Positions 30,833 through 39,111 of a DNA stretch of 64,000 bases are shown here, piece after piece (position 1 is the first letter of the stretch; the number at the start of each line of letters is the position of its first letter). Source of the stretch: an uncultured Gemmatimonadaceae bacterium. GTDB taxonomy: Bacteria; Gemmatimonadota; Gemmatimonadetes; Gemmatimonadales; Gemmatimonadaceae. A program made the translations under genes and the position numbers. Location of the stretch: the NCBI GenBank assembly GCA_963843845.1, contig CAWJMB010000002.1:2144001-2208000 (forward strand), read 5' to 3'. The notes beneath the pieces were generated by a model that made no database searches, was not told where the DNA came from, and saw only the letters and a program-made list of their open reading frames with translations.

Positions 30833-32193
30833 CCGGGCGCTGCGCCCTCGCCGAAGAAGACGCGGTGCAGCCGCGCCATCGCGTCGCCGACCTGGTCACC
30901 GTCGACGACGAGCGTGAGGTTGATGCCGGTCGCACTGAGCGACGCCATGTGCACCCGGAGCGGGCCCAACGCCGAGAACGCTCGCGCGAGCGCCGTCCCG
31001 TTGTCGCTCAGGGCGGAGCCGACGATGGCGATGATGCCGCGCCCCCGCTCGACCGAGACGTCGCCCAACGGCGTGAGGTCGCCGAGCAGTGCCTCCAGGT
31101 TCGACGGGTCGTCGATGGTGACCGAGATCGAGACTTCGGACGTCGCGATGACGTCGACCGACGTGCGGTGCCGCTCGAACGTCTCGAACACCGTGCGCAT
31201 GAACCCCGATGCGAGCAGCATGCGCGCCGACCGGAGCTTCACGACCGTGGTGCTCCCCTTCGCCGCGATCGCGCTCACCGCGCGACGCGGCGCGTCAGAC
31301 GTGATGAGCGTGCCCGTCCCTTCGGGCCGGCGCGAGTTGTAGATGTAGACGGGGATTCCGCGCCGCACCGCCGGCGCGATCGTACTCGGGTGCAGCACCT
31401 TCGCGCCGAACGATGCGAGCTCCGACGCTTCGTCGAACCGAATGCGCTCGATCAGCTGCGCCTCGGGAACGACGCGCGGGTCGGCCGTCAGCATCCCGTC
31501 GACGTCGGTCCAGATCTCGATCGCGTCCGACTGCATAGCGGCGCCGATGAGCGACGCGCTGTAGTCCGAGCCCCCGCGGCCTAACGTCGTCGTGATCCCG
31601 TCGGCGGTCGAGCCGATGAACCCGCCCAGCACCGGGACCCGTCCCTCGCGGAGCAGCGGCTGGAGATGCGCGCGCGTCTCCTCCGCGATGCGCTCGGTCT
31701 GCGGCTCCGCCTTGCAGTAGTGATCGTCGGTGATCATCACGCGGCGCGCGTCGACGTGCTCCGCCGGGATCCCCCGCGCGCGGAACGCGGCGGTGACGAG
31801 GAGCGACGAGAGCAGCTCGCCGTACGCCGCGATCGTGTCGAGGCTGCGCGGGGTCAGATAGCCGAGCACCGAGATCGCCTCGGCGAGCCGCGCGAGCTCG
31901 TCGAACATGGCGCTCAGGTCGCCGCTCAGCTCCGTCGCCGCGGCCGCGTCCGGAACCAGCGCGGTCACGGCCGAGAGGTGCCGCTCGCGCAACGCCTCGA
32001 CCGCCCGCGCGGCGCCGATCAGCTGTCCGCGCGACGCCTGCTCGGCGAGAGCGAGGAGGACGTTCGTCGCCCCTCCCATCGCGGAGACGACGACCACCGG
32101 GCGGCCCGGCATGCGGCCGCGTACGATCGATGCGGCGCGCTCGATGGCCTCAGCGTCGCCGACCGACGTGCCGCCGAACTTGAGAACGATCAC
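30829..32193 (-). CDS. lysC: Aspartate kinase
   Basis: KFGGTSV, TTLGRGGSDYSA, WTDVDG, GAKVLHP; ACT domains. Confidence 0.94.
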   Translation of the reverse strand: MIVLKFGGTSVGDAEAIERAASIVRGRMPGRPVVVVSAMGGATNVLLALAEQASRGQLIGAARAVEALRERHLSAVTALVPDAAAATELSGDLSAMFDELARLAEAISVLGYLTPRSLDTIAAYGELLSSLLVTAAFRARGIPAEHVDARRVMITDDHYCKAEPQTERIAEETRAHLQPLLREGRVPVLGGFIGSTADGITTTLGRGGSDYSASLIGAAMQSDAIEIWTDVDGMLTADPRVVPEAQLIERIRFDEASELASFGAKVLHPSTIAPAVRRGIPVYIYNSRRPEGTGTLITSDAPRRAVSAIAAKGSTTVVKLRSARMLLASGFMRTVFETFERHRTSVDVIATSEVSISVTIDDPSNLEALLGDLTPLGDVSVERGRGIIAIVGSALSDNGTALARAFSALGPLRVHMASLSATGINLTLVVDGDQVGDAMARLHRVFFGEGAAPG

Positions 32194-32200
32194 GGTGCGT

Positions 32201-33358
32201 TCAGCCGACCACGGCGGCAGCCGCCGCGCTCGTGACGGCAGCGGCGCGAGACGGCGCCGGCGCGCCTAACGCCACTTCGGCGTTCAGGATCGAGCCGCCT
32301 GCCGCGCCGCGAATCGTGTTGTGTCCACTCGCGACGAGCCGCAGATCGAGGAGGTTGTCCTCGCGGACGCGACCGACCGTGACGCTCATGCCGTTTCCCG
32401 CCATCACGTCGCGCCGCGGCTGCGGGCGGTCGGGAGCGTCGCTGACGACGAGCGGACGATCTGGAGCGCTCGGCAGGCCGCGGACGGCGGCGTCCCCTCG
32501 CCACGCGCGGAGCACGTCGAGCGCCTCGGCGACGGACGGGCGGCGCACGAAGCCCAACGACATGCACGCGGTGTGACCGTGCTCGACGGGTACGCGATTC
32601 GTGTGCGCCGTGACGACGAACTCCGCGTGCCGATGACCGGTGGACGAGACCTCGCCGAGGATCTTCTGGAGCTCGGTCTCGACCTTCGGTTCTTCGTCTC
32701 CGATGTACGGAATGACGTTGCCGAGGATGTCGAGCGACGCGACTCCGGGATAGCCGGCGCCGGACACGGCCTGCATCGTCGCGATGAAGACTTTCGCGAG
32801 GCCGAACGCCTCGTGCAGCGGCGCGAGCGCGAGCGACGCGACGGTCACCGAGCAGTTGGCGTTGGTGACGATCGCGCCGCGCCATCCGCGCGCCGCACGC
32901 TGCGCCTCGATCACGGCGAGGTGCGCGCTGTTGATCTCGGGAACGACCAGCGGCACATCAGACGCCATGCGGAAATTCTTCGCGTTGCTGAACACGAGCC
33001 GTCCCGCCGCGGCGAACGCCGGCTCGATCGCGCCCGCGGCCGCGGAGTCGAGCGCGGAGAAGACGATCGGCGCCGTGACGACCGAGGGATCGCAGCCGAG
33101 CACGTGGCGATCTCGCACCGCCGCCGGCATCGCGCCTTCGAGCCAGCGCGTCACGTCCGCGTAGCGTCGTCCTGCCGAGCGCTCCGACGCGGCCAGCTCG
33201 ACGATCTCGAACCACGGGTGGCCGTCGAGCAGTCGCGCGAACGTCTGCCCGACCGCGCCGGTCGCGCCGAGGATCGCCACCGGCCACCGACCGCTCGACG
33301 TGAGGGGCGGTGTGACGACCGGGGCGAGTGAGGCGAGCGGCGTGAGAGAGCCAGGCAT
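32201..33358 (-). CDS. asd: Aspartate-semialdehyde dehydrogenase
   Basis: GATGAVGQ, NANCS, QAVSGAG, RVPVEHGH, HNTIRGAAG. Confidence 0.94.
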   Translation of the reverse strand: MPGSLTPLASLAPVVTPPLTSSGRWPVAILGATGAVGQTFARLLDGHPWFEIVELAASERSAGRRYADVTRWLEGAMPAAVRDRHVLGCDPSVVTAPIVFSALDSAAAGAIEPAFAAAGRLVFSNAKNFRMASDVPLVVPEINSAHLAVIEAQRAARGWRGAIVTNANCSVTVASLALAPLHEAFGLAKVFIATMQAVSGAGYPGVASLDILGNVIPYIGDEEPKVETELQKILGEVSSTGHRHAEFVVTAHTNRVPVEHGHTACMSLGFVRRPSVAEALDVLRAWRGDAAVRGLPSAPDRPLVVSDAPDRPQPRRDVMAGNGMSVTVGRVREDNLLDLRLVASGHNTIRGAAGGSILNAEVALGAPAPSRAAAVTSAAAAAVVG

Positions 33359-33433
33359 GAGCAGCGAAGCGTGAAGCGCGACCGCGGGCGTGGGCGAGCG
33401 TGAGTCGAGCGGACGGCCGCCGTGAGGCCGACG

Positions 33434-34426
33434 TCAGGCGAGCAGCGTTCGCGCGATGCGCTCGTACGCGTCGACACTCGCCCGCAGTTCGTCGACGGCG
33501 ACGAACTCGTCCGGGGTGTGTGCGACGTGGATCGAGCCGGGTCCGAACAGCAGCGGGGTGCCCCATCGGCCGAGCAGCGGAATGTCCGACGTGTACGCGA
33601 CCGGCGCGACCTCGAAGCCGTCGATCGTGTGAAAGCGCTGCGCGGGGATCGTCGAACCCCACTCCAACTCGGCGCGTCCACGCGCCCACGCGGTGAGCCG
33701 TTCCTTCACCGACTCCACCGGTCCCACGAGGCGGAACATGAGCTCCGCTTCGGCGTGCGCGGGAACGATGTTCGCCTCGGTGCCGCCGCGGATCACACCG
33801 ACGTTGTACGTCGTCGCGCCGAGCACAGGGTCGGATGGAAGGTCGAGCGTGCGGAGCGTCGGCAACAGGTCCAGCAGGGGCTCGATCGCGGAGCGGCCGA
33901 GGTGCGCGTACGCCGAATGCGCCTCGCGGCCGGTCACGCGGATCGTGACCCGGAGCGACCCCTTCGCCCCGCTCGCGAGCTTACTCTCGGTCGGCTCGCC
34001 ATTCACGAGAAAGCGGCTCGTCGGGGCGAGGTTGTTCGCTGCGCGCGCGCCGTCGGAACCCTTCTCCTCGCCGACGACGAGCAACAGGTCGACGCGCTCT
34101 TCGCCGCTCGTGACGAGTCGGTCGGCCGCGGCGAGCATCGCCGCCGCGATCCCCTTGGCGTCGCAGGCGCCTCGGCCGTAGAGGCGCGTGCCCTCGAGGC
34201 GGGGCCCGTAGTAGGGAGGAACGGTGTCGAGGTGCGTCGAGAACGTGACGCCGCCCCCCGCCCGCGTCGCCCACACGTTGCCGCGGCCCGCGGAGACTTC
34301 CTGCACCGTGACGCTCCAGCCGCGGCGCAGCAGCCACTTCGCGACGAAGTCGACGGCCTGCCCTTCCGCGCCGGTCGGCGATTGGATCGCGAGCAATTCC
34401 GCGGCGAGCGCGACGACGTCGGTCAT
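33434..34426 (-). CDS. M20-family metallohydrolase (ArgE/DapE-like)
   Basis: STHLDTVP, GRGACDAKG, VGEE, GEPT, GPGSIHVAHTPDE; heads the DAP cluster. Confidence 0.88.
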   Translation of the reverse strand: MTDVVALAAELLAIQSPTGAEGQAVDFVAKWLLRRGWSVTVQEVSAGRGNVWATRAGGGVTFSTHLDTVPPYYGPRLEGTRLYGRGACDAKGIAAAMLAAADRLVTSGEERVDLLLVVGEEKGSDGARAANNLAPTSRFLVNGEPTESKLASGAKGSLRVTIRVTGREAHSAYAHLGRSAIEPLLDLLPTLRTLDLPSDPVLGATTYNVGVIRGGTEANIVPAHAEAELMFRLVGPVESVKERLTAWARGRAELEWGSTIPAQRFHTIDGFEVAPVAYTSDIPLLGRWGTPLLFGPGSIHVAHTPDEFVAVDELRASVDAYERIARTLLA

Positions 34427-34519
34427 GCGCGGAAAGTATGCGGCGCCACGCCCTGGTGCCACGCGTGGCCGCCAGCGCCCGCGTCGATTGCTCGCGCGAG
34501 CGCCGGCCGTCGCGTGCCG

Positions 34520-35035
34520 TCAGATCGCGGGCTGGGGGTCCGCCGTCGTGCGGACGGTGCCGTCGCCCCGCACGTGCTCGACGAACATCTGCTGCACGAG
34601 CCGGTTCGCGTCGCGCGCGTACTCGTCGTGGTGCCGCTCACCCGTCTCGCCGAGCTGCGCGAGCCGCTCATCGCCGAGGACGCGCCCGGCCTCACGGAAC
34701 GTCTTGAAGGTGTCCTCCGACTGCCGAGACGTCACGATGTCACCGACGAGGCGCAGGAAGTCGCTCTCGCGCGCCGCGTCCGCGAGGTCGCGTGCGATGC
34801 CGAGGGCCGTGCCGAGCGCCTTCTTGCCGGCGCCGAGCTCCGCGCCGATCGACTGCTGATAGTCCTCGAGCATCCGCTGATGGTCCCGGACCGCTGGGAT
34901 GTACCGCGTGCAGAGGTCGCGAAAGCGCGCGTCTTCCGCCTGCCCCTCGTGATCCTCGAGGTTCTTGAGAAACGTGCGATGCTGCATCACCGCGTTGTTG
35001 ATCTGACTGCGCAGGAAGTCTTGTCCGCGATCCAT
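34520..35035 (-). CDS. Hypothetical protein, probable ferritin-like four-helix bundle
   Basis: ATG at 35035 with GAGG RBS; helical, with paired E/H motifs (EDHE, DHQR, QSED, ERHH). Confidence 0.6.
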   Translation of the reverse strand: MDRGQDFLRSQINNAVMQHRTFLKNLEDHEGQAEDARFRDLCTRYIPAVRDHQRMLEDYQQSIGAELGAGKKALGTALGIARDLADAARESDFLRLVGDIVTSRQSEDTFKTFREAGRVLGDERLAQLGETGERHHDEYARDANRLVQQMFVEHVRGDGTVRTTADPQPAI

Positions 35036-35246
35036 AAGCACCTCAACGGTGTGAAGCGTCAGTGTGTGGGTGTGGGTACGAATACAGGGCACGACACGGG
35101 CCACCGGTGGCGAACGCGGTCGGATGAACCGCCGGGTCGGCCGGGGGTAGCAGCCGGTCCGACGACGCCGGACCGTATCAGCGAATATGGCTCTAAGTCG
35201 TTTCGGCGCATGAATTTACCGGTTCGAGCGCGGTCCTGTGCCGGTG

Positions 35247-35275
35247 TTGACAGAGGCGTGGGCTTCGGGTAATTT
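35247..35275 (+). promoter_or_regulatory. Sigma70 promoter of the H1-like/Rad52-like pair
   Basis: TTGACA-17 bp-TAATTT. Confidence 0.7.
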
Positions 35276-35327
35276 TCGGTCGGCAGCGGACGGAACGAGC
35301 ACCCTCAGCGCGTAAGCGGGAGGCCGC

Positions 35328-35923
35328 GTGGCGAAGGCGGCGAAGGCGGCGAAGGCGGCGAAGGCGGCGAAGGCGGCGAAGGCGGCGAGGCGGCGAGGAC
35401 GACGAAGACGACGACACGTGCGGCGACCACGCCGCGCGCCGGGAAGTCGGTCGCGAAGGTGACCAAGAAGGCTCCTTCGCGTGCCGCTCAGACGAGCGCC
35501 GCGGTGGCTGCGAAGCGACCGTCGCGGAAGCAGGTGAAGGCCGCAGTGTCGGCCCCGATCGCCAGGCCGAAGGCGGCCGCTCGGCCGAGGAAGGGTGTGA
35601 CGGCTCGGCCGGTCAGGAGCGTCGCGGCGCGCGCGACTCGGCGTGGCGCGCGCCAGAAGACGGTCGCTCCGCAGCTCGTTCGCGTCGTCAAGGTTCGCGA
35701 GCTCGACCCGATCGCGAAGTGCGGCCCGGCGACCTCGGTCGAGCAGCTCTTCCGCGTCGACGAGCTGACCGGGCGCGAGTCGACCGTGCACCTCGTGTTC
35801 TTCGACCGGCACGGCTGGTACTGCGTCCACGGCCCCCGCTGCGCGGCCGTCTCGGACGTGCACTCTCACACCCGCTCCGCGCAGCGGGCTCGTTCGGGTC
35901 GCGCACCGGCTGGCGCTCGGTGA
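35328..35923 (+). CDS. Lys/Ala/Arg-rich histone H1-like protein with Cys/His C-terminal domain; 1-nt frameshift at about 35388
   Basis: GGGAGG RBS and GTG at 35328; (AKA)n repeat; joins the 35459..35923 ORF if one A is restored in repeat unit 7. Confidence 0.65.
35331..35401 (+). repeat. 9-bp tandem repeat GCGAAGGCG (6 perfect units, one 8-nt unit, one degenerate unit)
   Basis: Read directly from the sequence. Confidence 0.95.
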
Positions 35924-35981
35924 CGCACGCACGACCGGCAGGCGCCGTGATTCACACTGGACGACAACGGATGGACGAGAG

Positions 35982-36833
35982 ATGATCGCTCGACACGACA
36001 ACCACACTGACAGCAAGGTCAACCTCTGGGCCGCGCTCGCTGCCCCACTCGCCGCCGGCTCGACGGCGTGGCGTCAGGACGGGCGTGCGACGGCGCGCGA
36101 CGGCCGGTGGTACGCGCGCTTCGTCGCGTACGTGGACGCGAACACCGTCCGCGAGCGGCTGGACGCGATCGTCCCCGGCGAATGGGATCTCACGCTCGAG
36201 CTGCTCCCGGCGATCCCCGGGATCGACGACGACGGCCAGAGCTGCTCGTTCAAGGCGCGACTCCAGATCCTCGGCGTGATCCGGGAAGACGTGGGAACGG
36301 GGCGTGACTACAAGCAGGCCGCGACCGACGCGTTCAAGCGCGCCGCAGTGCGGTTCGGCATCGCGCACGAGCTGTATCAGCTCGATCAGAACTGGGTACA
36401 GGTCGACGGCGACGGCCGCTACGCGAAGCCGCTCGAGGACCCGCAGGCGGCGTACGACCGCCGCGCAGCGCGCCGCGACGACGACGTGCGCTACATCGCG
36501 ACGCAGATCGCACCGGTCGACCCGTTCGATCCGGAGCCGACGGTCCCGGCGTCTGCGCGCACGGCGGACGCCGAGCCGGTGTCGAACGCGGACGCGGTGA
36601 GATGCCCGAAGTGCGGCGGACGGGTGTGGGACAACCGGCTCAGCAAGCGCAATCCGAAAGCGCCAGACTTCAAGTGCCGCGACCGGAACTGCGACGGTGT
36701 CATCTGGCCACCGCGCGACGGCAAGACGCGGACGCCTTCACCCGCGGCCGGCGGGGCCGACGATGAGCCGGAAGCGATGGCGTTCGACAGCTCTCCGCTC
36801 GGCGCATCGATCGACGAAGAGATCCCGTTCTGA
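35982..36833 (+). CDS. Rad52/Rad22-family (DdrA/Sak-like) ssDNA-binding/annealing protein with C-terminal zinc ribbon
   Basis: AYVDANTVRERLD..PGEW, KQAATDAFKRAAVRFGIAHELY; CPKC...FKCRDRNC; acidic C-terminus DEEIPF. Confidence 0.85.
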   Translation: MIARHDNHTDSKVNLWAALAAPLAAGSTAWRQDGRATARDGRWYARFVAYVDANTVRERLDAIVPGEWDLTLELLPAIPGIDDDGQSCSFKARLQILGVIREDVGTGRDYKQAATDAFKRAAVRFGIAHELYQLDQNWVQVDGDGRYAKPLEDPQAAYDRRAARRDDDVRYIATQIAPVDPFDPEPTVPASARTADAEPVSNADAVRCPKCGGRVWDNRLSKRNPKAPDFKCRDRNCDGVIWPPRDGKTRTPSPAAGGADDEPEAMAFDSSPLGASIDEEIPF

Positions 36834-36844
36834 TCGAGTGAGCG

Positions 36845-36888
36845 GAACACGAGATGCCCCGCCAGCGCTGGCGGGGCGTCTCGTGTTC
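36845..36888. terminator. 44-nt near-perfect palindrome between the Rad52-like gene and tRNA-Leu
   Basis: GAACACGAGATGCCCCGCCAGC/GCTGGCGGGGCGTCTCGTGTTC, one mismatch. Confidence 0.75.
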
Positions 36889-36889
36889 A

Positions 36890-36971
36890 TGCCCGGGGCG
36901 GGACTCGAACCCGCAATCCTCGCGGAAAGGGATTTTAAGTCCCTCGCGTATACCGGTTTCGCCACCCGGGC
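36890..36971 (-). tRNA. tRNA-Leu(UAA), CCA not encoded
   Basis: Acceptor stem GCCCGGG; anticodon arm AGGGA-CTTAAAA-TCCCT; long variable arm; GGTTCGAGTCC T arm. Confidence 0.95.
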
Positions 36972-37028
36972 CGGAACGCAGCGAGGCCAGCGTTCACACA
37001 CGCCGGCCTCGCCAGTCGTCATGTCCAG

Positions 37029-37101
37029 AGCGGGAAACGGGACTCGAACCCGCGACCCCAACCTTGGCAAGGTTGTGCTCTACCAACTGAGCTATTCCCG
37101 C
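37029..37101 (-). tRNA. tRNA-Gly(GCC), CCA not encoded
   Basis: GCGGGAATAGCTCAGTTGGTAGAGC; anticodon arm CAACC-TTGCCAA-GGTTG; GGTTCGAGTCC. Confidence 0.96.
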
Positions 37102-37114
37102 ACGACGTGCAGGC

Positions 37115-37143
37115 ATTGTAGCGACGCCGCGACGTCGCATCAA
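37115..37143 (-). promoter_or_regulatory. Sigma70 promoter of the tRNA pair
   Basis: Minus strand TTGATG-17 bp-TACAAT, 13 nt upstream of tRNA-Gly. Confidence 0.7.
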
Positions 37144-37148
37144 CCGCG

Positions 37149-38936
37149 TTACGGTTCGACGCCGAGCACGTGCACCGCGTACCACGCGGTGTACGCGAGA
37201 AGGCCCGAGAGCGACGCGTCGCCTCCGTTGCCGATCGCCTTGCCGTCGGCGCTCACGAACTCGGCCGCGATGCCGTTGTCGAGGGGCGCCCGGCGCAGCC
37301 ACTGCAGGACCTGCGGCGCGTCGGGGCCGAGTAACCGCGCGCACTGCTGCGCGAGCATCGACGGCGGTGCGGCGGCCAGGGCACGGGCCGTACGCCGATA
37401 CGTCGAGTCCGACCGCTGCACGACCTCGTACAACGGCAGCCAGAGCGCGGACGCGACCGGATCGTCATCGAACGCGGTCGCGCCCTTCAGGTCGATCGCC
37501 GCGGCGAGCGCCGGCTTGCCGTCCCGTTCGGTGGCGAAGTGGCGCAGCAACGCGGCCCGGACGGCCTCCGGCTCCTGCACCTCGTTCGCCGTCTCCTCGT
37601 CGAGGGTGCGACGAAAGACTTGCAGCGCCTGCGATACCACCGCGTTCCCGTGCAACGTGTACGGCTGCGCGCTCGTCGTGCCCGACACCGTGACCTCGGT
37701 GCTGTACAGCGGGACGTTCTCGTCCCGGCGTGCGGCGATGTCGTCGCTCGACAGATAGAGCGTGTCGGCGACCGCGGGCTCGTCGACGATCGCGTCGTCT
37801 CCCGTCTCGCGGATGTAGCGGTCGGTCGCGAGCGCGTACGCCGCGGCACCTTCGAGGGAGAACCCCGGCTCGAAGAGCGTGCCGTCGACGTAGTGCACCC
37901 CCTGCCCCGGGGCGTAGCCGTGCAGCTCGCACGTTCGCAGCAGCAGCTCGCGCGCGAGCCCGGGGTCACCGAGCTGCATCGCGGGCAGCGCCCACATGAG
38001 CGCCTCCCAGTCGCGCACCGTGATGCCGCGCGCGTGCCAGGGCACGCGTGTCCGGACCGGATAGAAGTGCGCGTCGTCGAGTGCGCGCGCGCAGGCGTAG
38101 AAATAGGCGAACACGAGGTTGCGGTTCACGAGGCGGTCGATCGTCTCGTTCCCGGTGACCTGCTCCAGCGACCGGAGCGCGTCGCGCGTCACGCTCAGCA
38201 GGTCGCGCCAGCCGCGGCGCCGCATCGCGGCGACCGTCGCCTCTGCGCCATCGCGCTCCGGTCCGGCGGCGAGGTAGAACGCGACCTGCCGCGTCGTGCC
38301 GCGCTCGACCGTGACCCGACGACGCACGCTGAAGGTCGGTGCAGTGCCGTCGCGCACGTCGATCGCCGCGTCACCGTCGCTCCCCAGGGCGAACGACACC
38401 GTGCCGGGGAGCGCGGTGCCTTCGAGTACCACGACGCCATCGCTGCTGGCCGCGACCCGGTGCGGATCGGCGAATGCACGAGCCGACCGCACCCGCATCT
38501 GCCGATGGCCGAGCGTGCCTTCGAGGGCGACGTCGATCTCGGCGGTTTCGGCGCCGCGATTCTCGATCGAGATCGTGTAGACGGCACCCGACAGGTCGGT
38601 GTCGCGTCCGTGCGGAGCGTAGATCGAGCCCCGAACGATGAGCGCGCCGCTCGTGCAGGTGAACGTCGGGAGCCAGTGCACGGCGCGCTCCCACGCGATT
38701 CCCTCGGTCGAGAGGTCGCGCAGCACACCGTTCACCCGGAGCGTCGGCTTCAGCAGCGGTACGCCTTCCCCGGCGACGAAATTCTCACTGCCGGCGAACT
38801 CGATCGCCGCGCGCGCCCCACGGTGCAGCACTCCGACCGCCCAGATCGACGCGTCGGCGGGGTGGATGCACGGCAGCGCGAGCCAGTGGTTGCCAGTGAG
38901 CTGCCAGGGGATCGGAGCGAGCGGAGCGGTCTTCAC
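37149..38936 (-). CDS. Six-hairpin glycosidase-like protein (GH125-like); start uncertain (38936 or 38984)
   Basis: TVRD, YVDGTLFEPGFSLE, FDDDPVASALWLP...DSTYRRT resemble GH125 segments (recalled similarity). Confidence 0.55.
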   Translation of the reverse strand: MKTAPLAPIPWQLTGNHWLALPCIHPADASIWAVGVLHRGARAAIEFAGSENFVAGEGVPLLKPTLRVNGVLRDLSTEGIAWERAVHWLPTFTCTSGALIVRGSIYAPHGRDTDLSGAVYTISIENRGAETAEIDVALEGTLGHRQMRVRSARAFADPHRVAASSDGVVVLEGTALPGTVSFALGSDGDAAIDVRDGTAPTFSVRRRVTVERGTTRQVAFYLAAGPERDGAEATVAAMRRRGWRDLLSVTRDALRSLEQVTGNETIDRLVNRNLVFAYFYACARALDDAHFYPVRTRVPWHARGITVRDWEALMWALPAMQLGDPGLARELLLRTCELHGYAPGQGVHYVDGTLFEPGFSLEGAAAYALATDRYIRETGDDAIVDEPAVADTLYLSSDDIAARRDENVPLYSTEVTVSGTTSAQPYTLHGNAVVSQALQVFRRTLDEETANEVQEPEAVRAALLRHFATERDGKPALAAAIDLKGATAFDDDPVASALWLPLYEVVQRSDSTYRRTARALAAAPPSMLAQQCARLLGPDAPQVLQWLRRAPLDNGIAAEFVSADGKAIGNGGDASLSGLLAYTAWYAVHVLGVEP

Positions 38937-39000
38937 GAGGGCGAGCGGGCTATGAGGCGAAGCACGTGGTGCCGGAGCGCGCATGGCACGCGCCGTTCGG

Positions 39001-39029
39001 TTGACGCGCTCACGGCACGCCGCTAATCT
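39001..39029 (+). promoter_or_regulatory. Sigma70 promoter
   Basis: TTGACG-17 bp-TAATCT. Confidence 0.7.
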
Positions 39030-39111
39030 AGCGGGCTCTCGGTCAGACCGGCCGAAAGTCTCGCAGCGTGTTGCGCGACAAGGACTTAGCACATCTGAAG
39101 AGGCTGTGGAG

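Noticed and set aside
35222..35236. GTTC-N7-GTCC resembling an alphaproteobacterial SOS box upstream of the H1/Rad52 promoter
   Set aside because: One mismatch, short and GC-rich. No matching box was noticed before recN, and I do not know the LexA motif of this lineage.
35331..35401. CRISPR-like repeat
   Set aside because: Contiguous 9-bp units with no spacers and no cas genes; this is a coding VNTR.
34450..36971. Integrated element at the 3' end of tRNA-Leu
   Set aside because: No integrase, no duplicated tRNA 3' end seen, and no obvious compositional shift.
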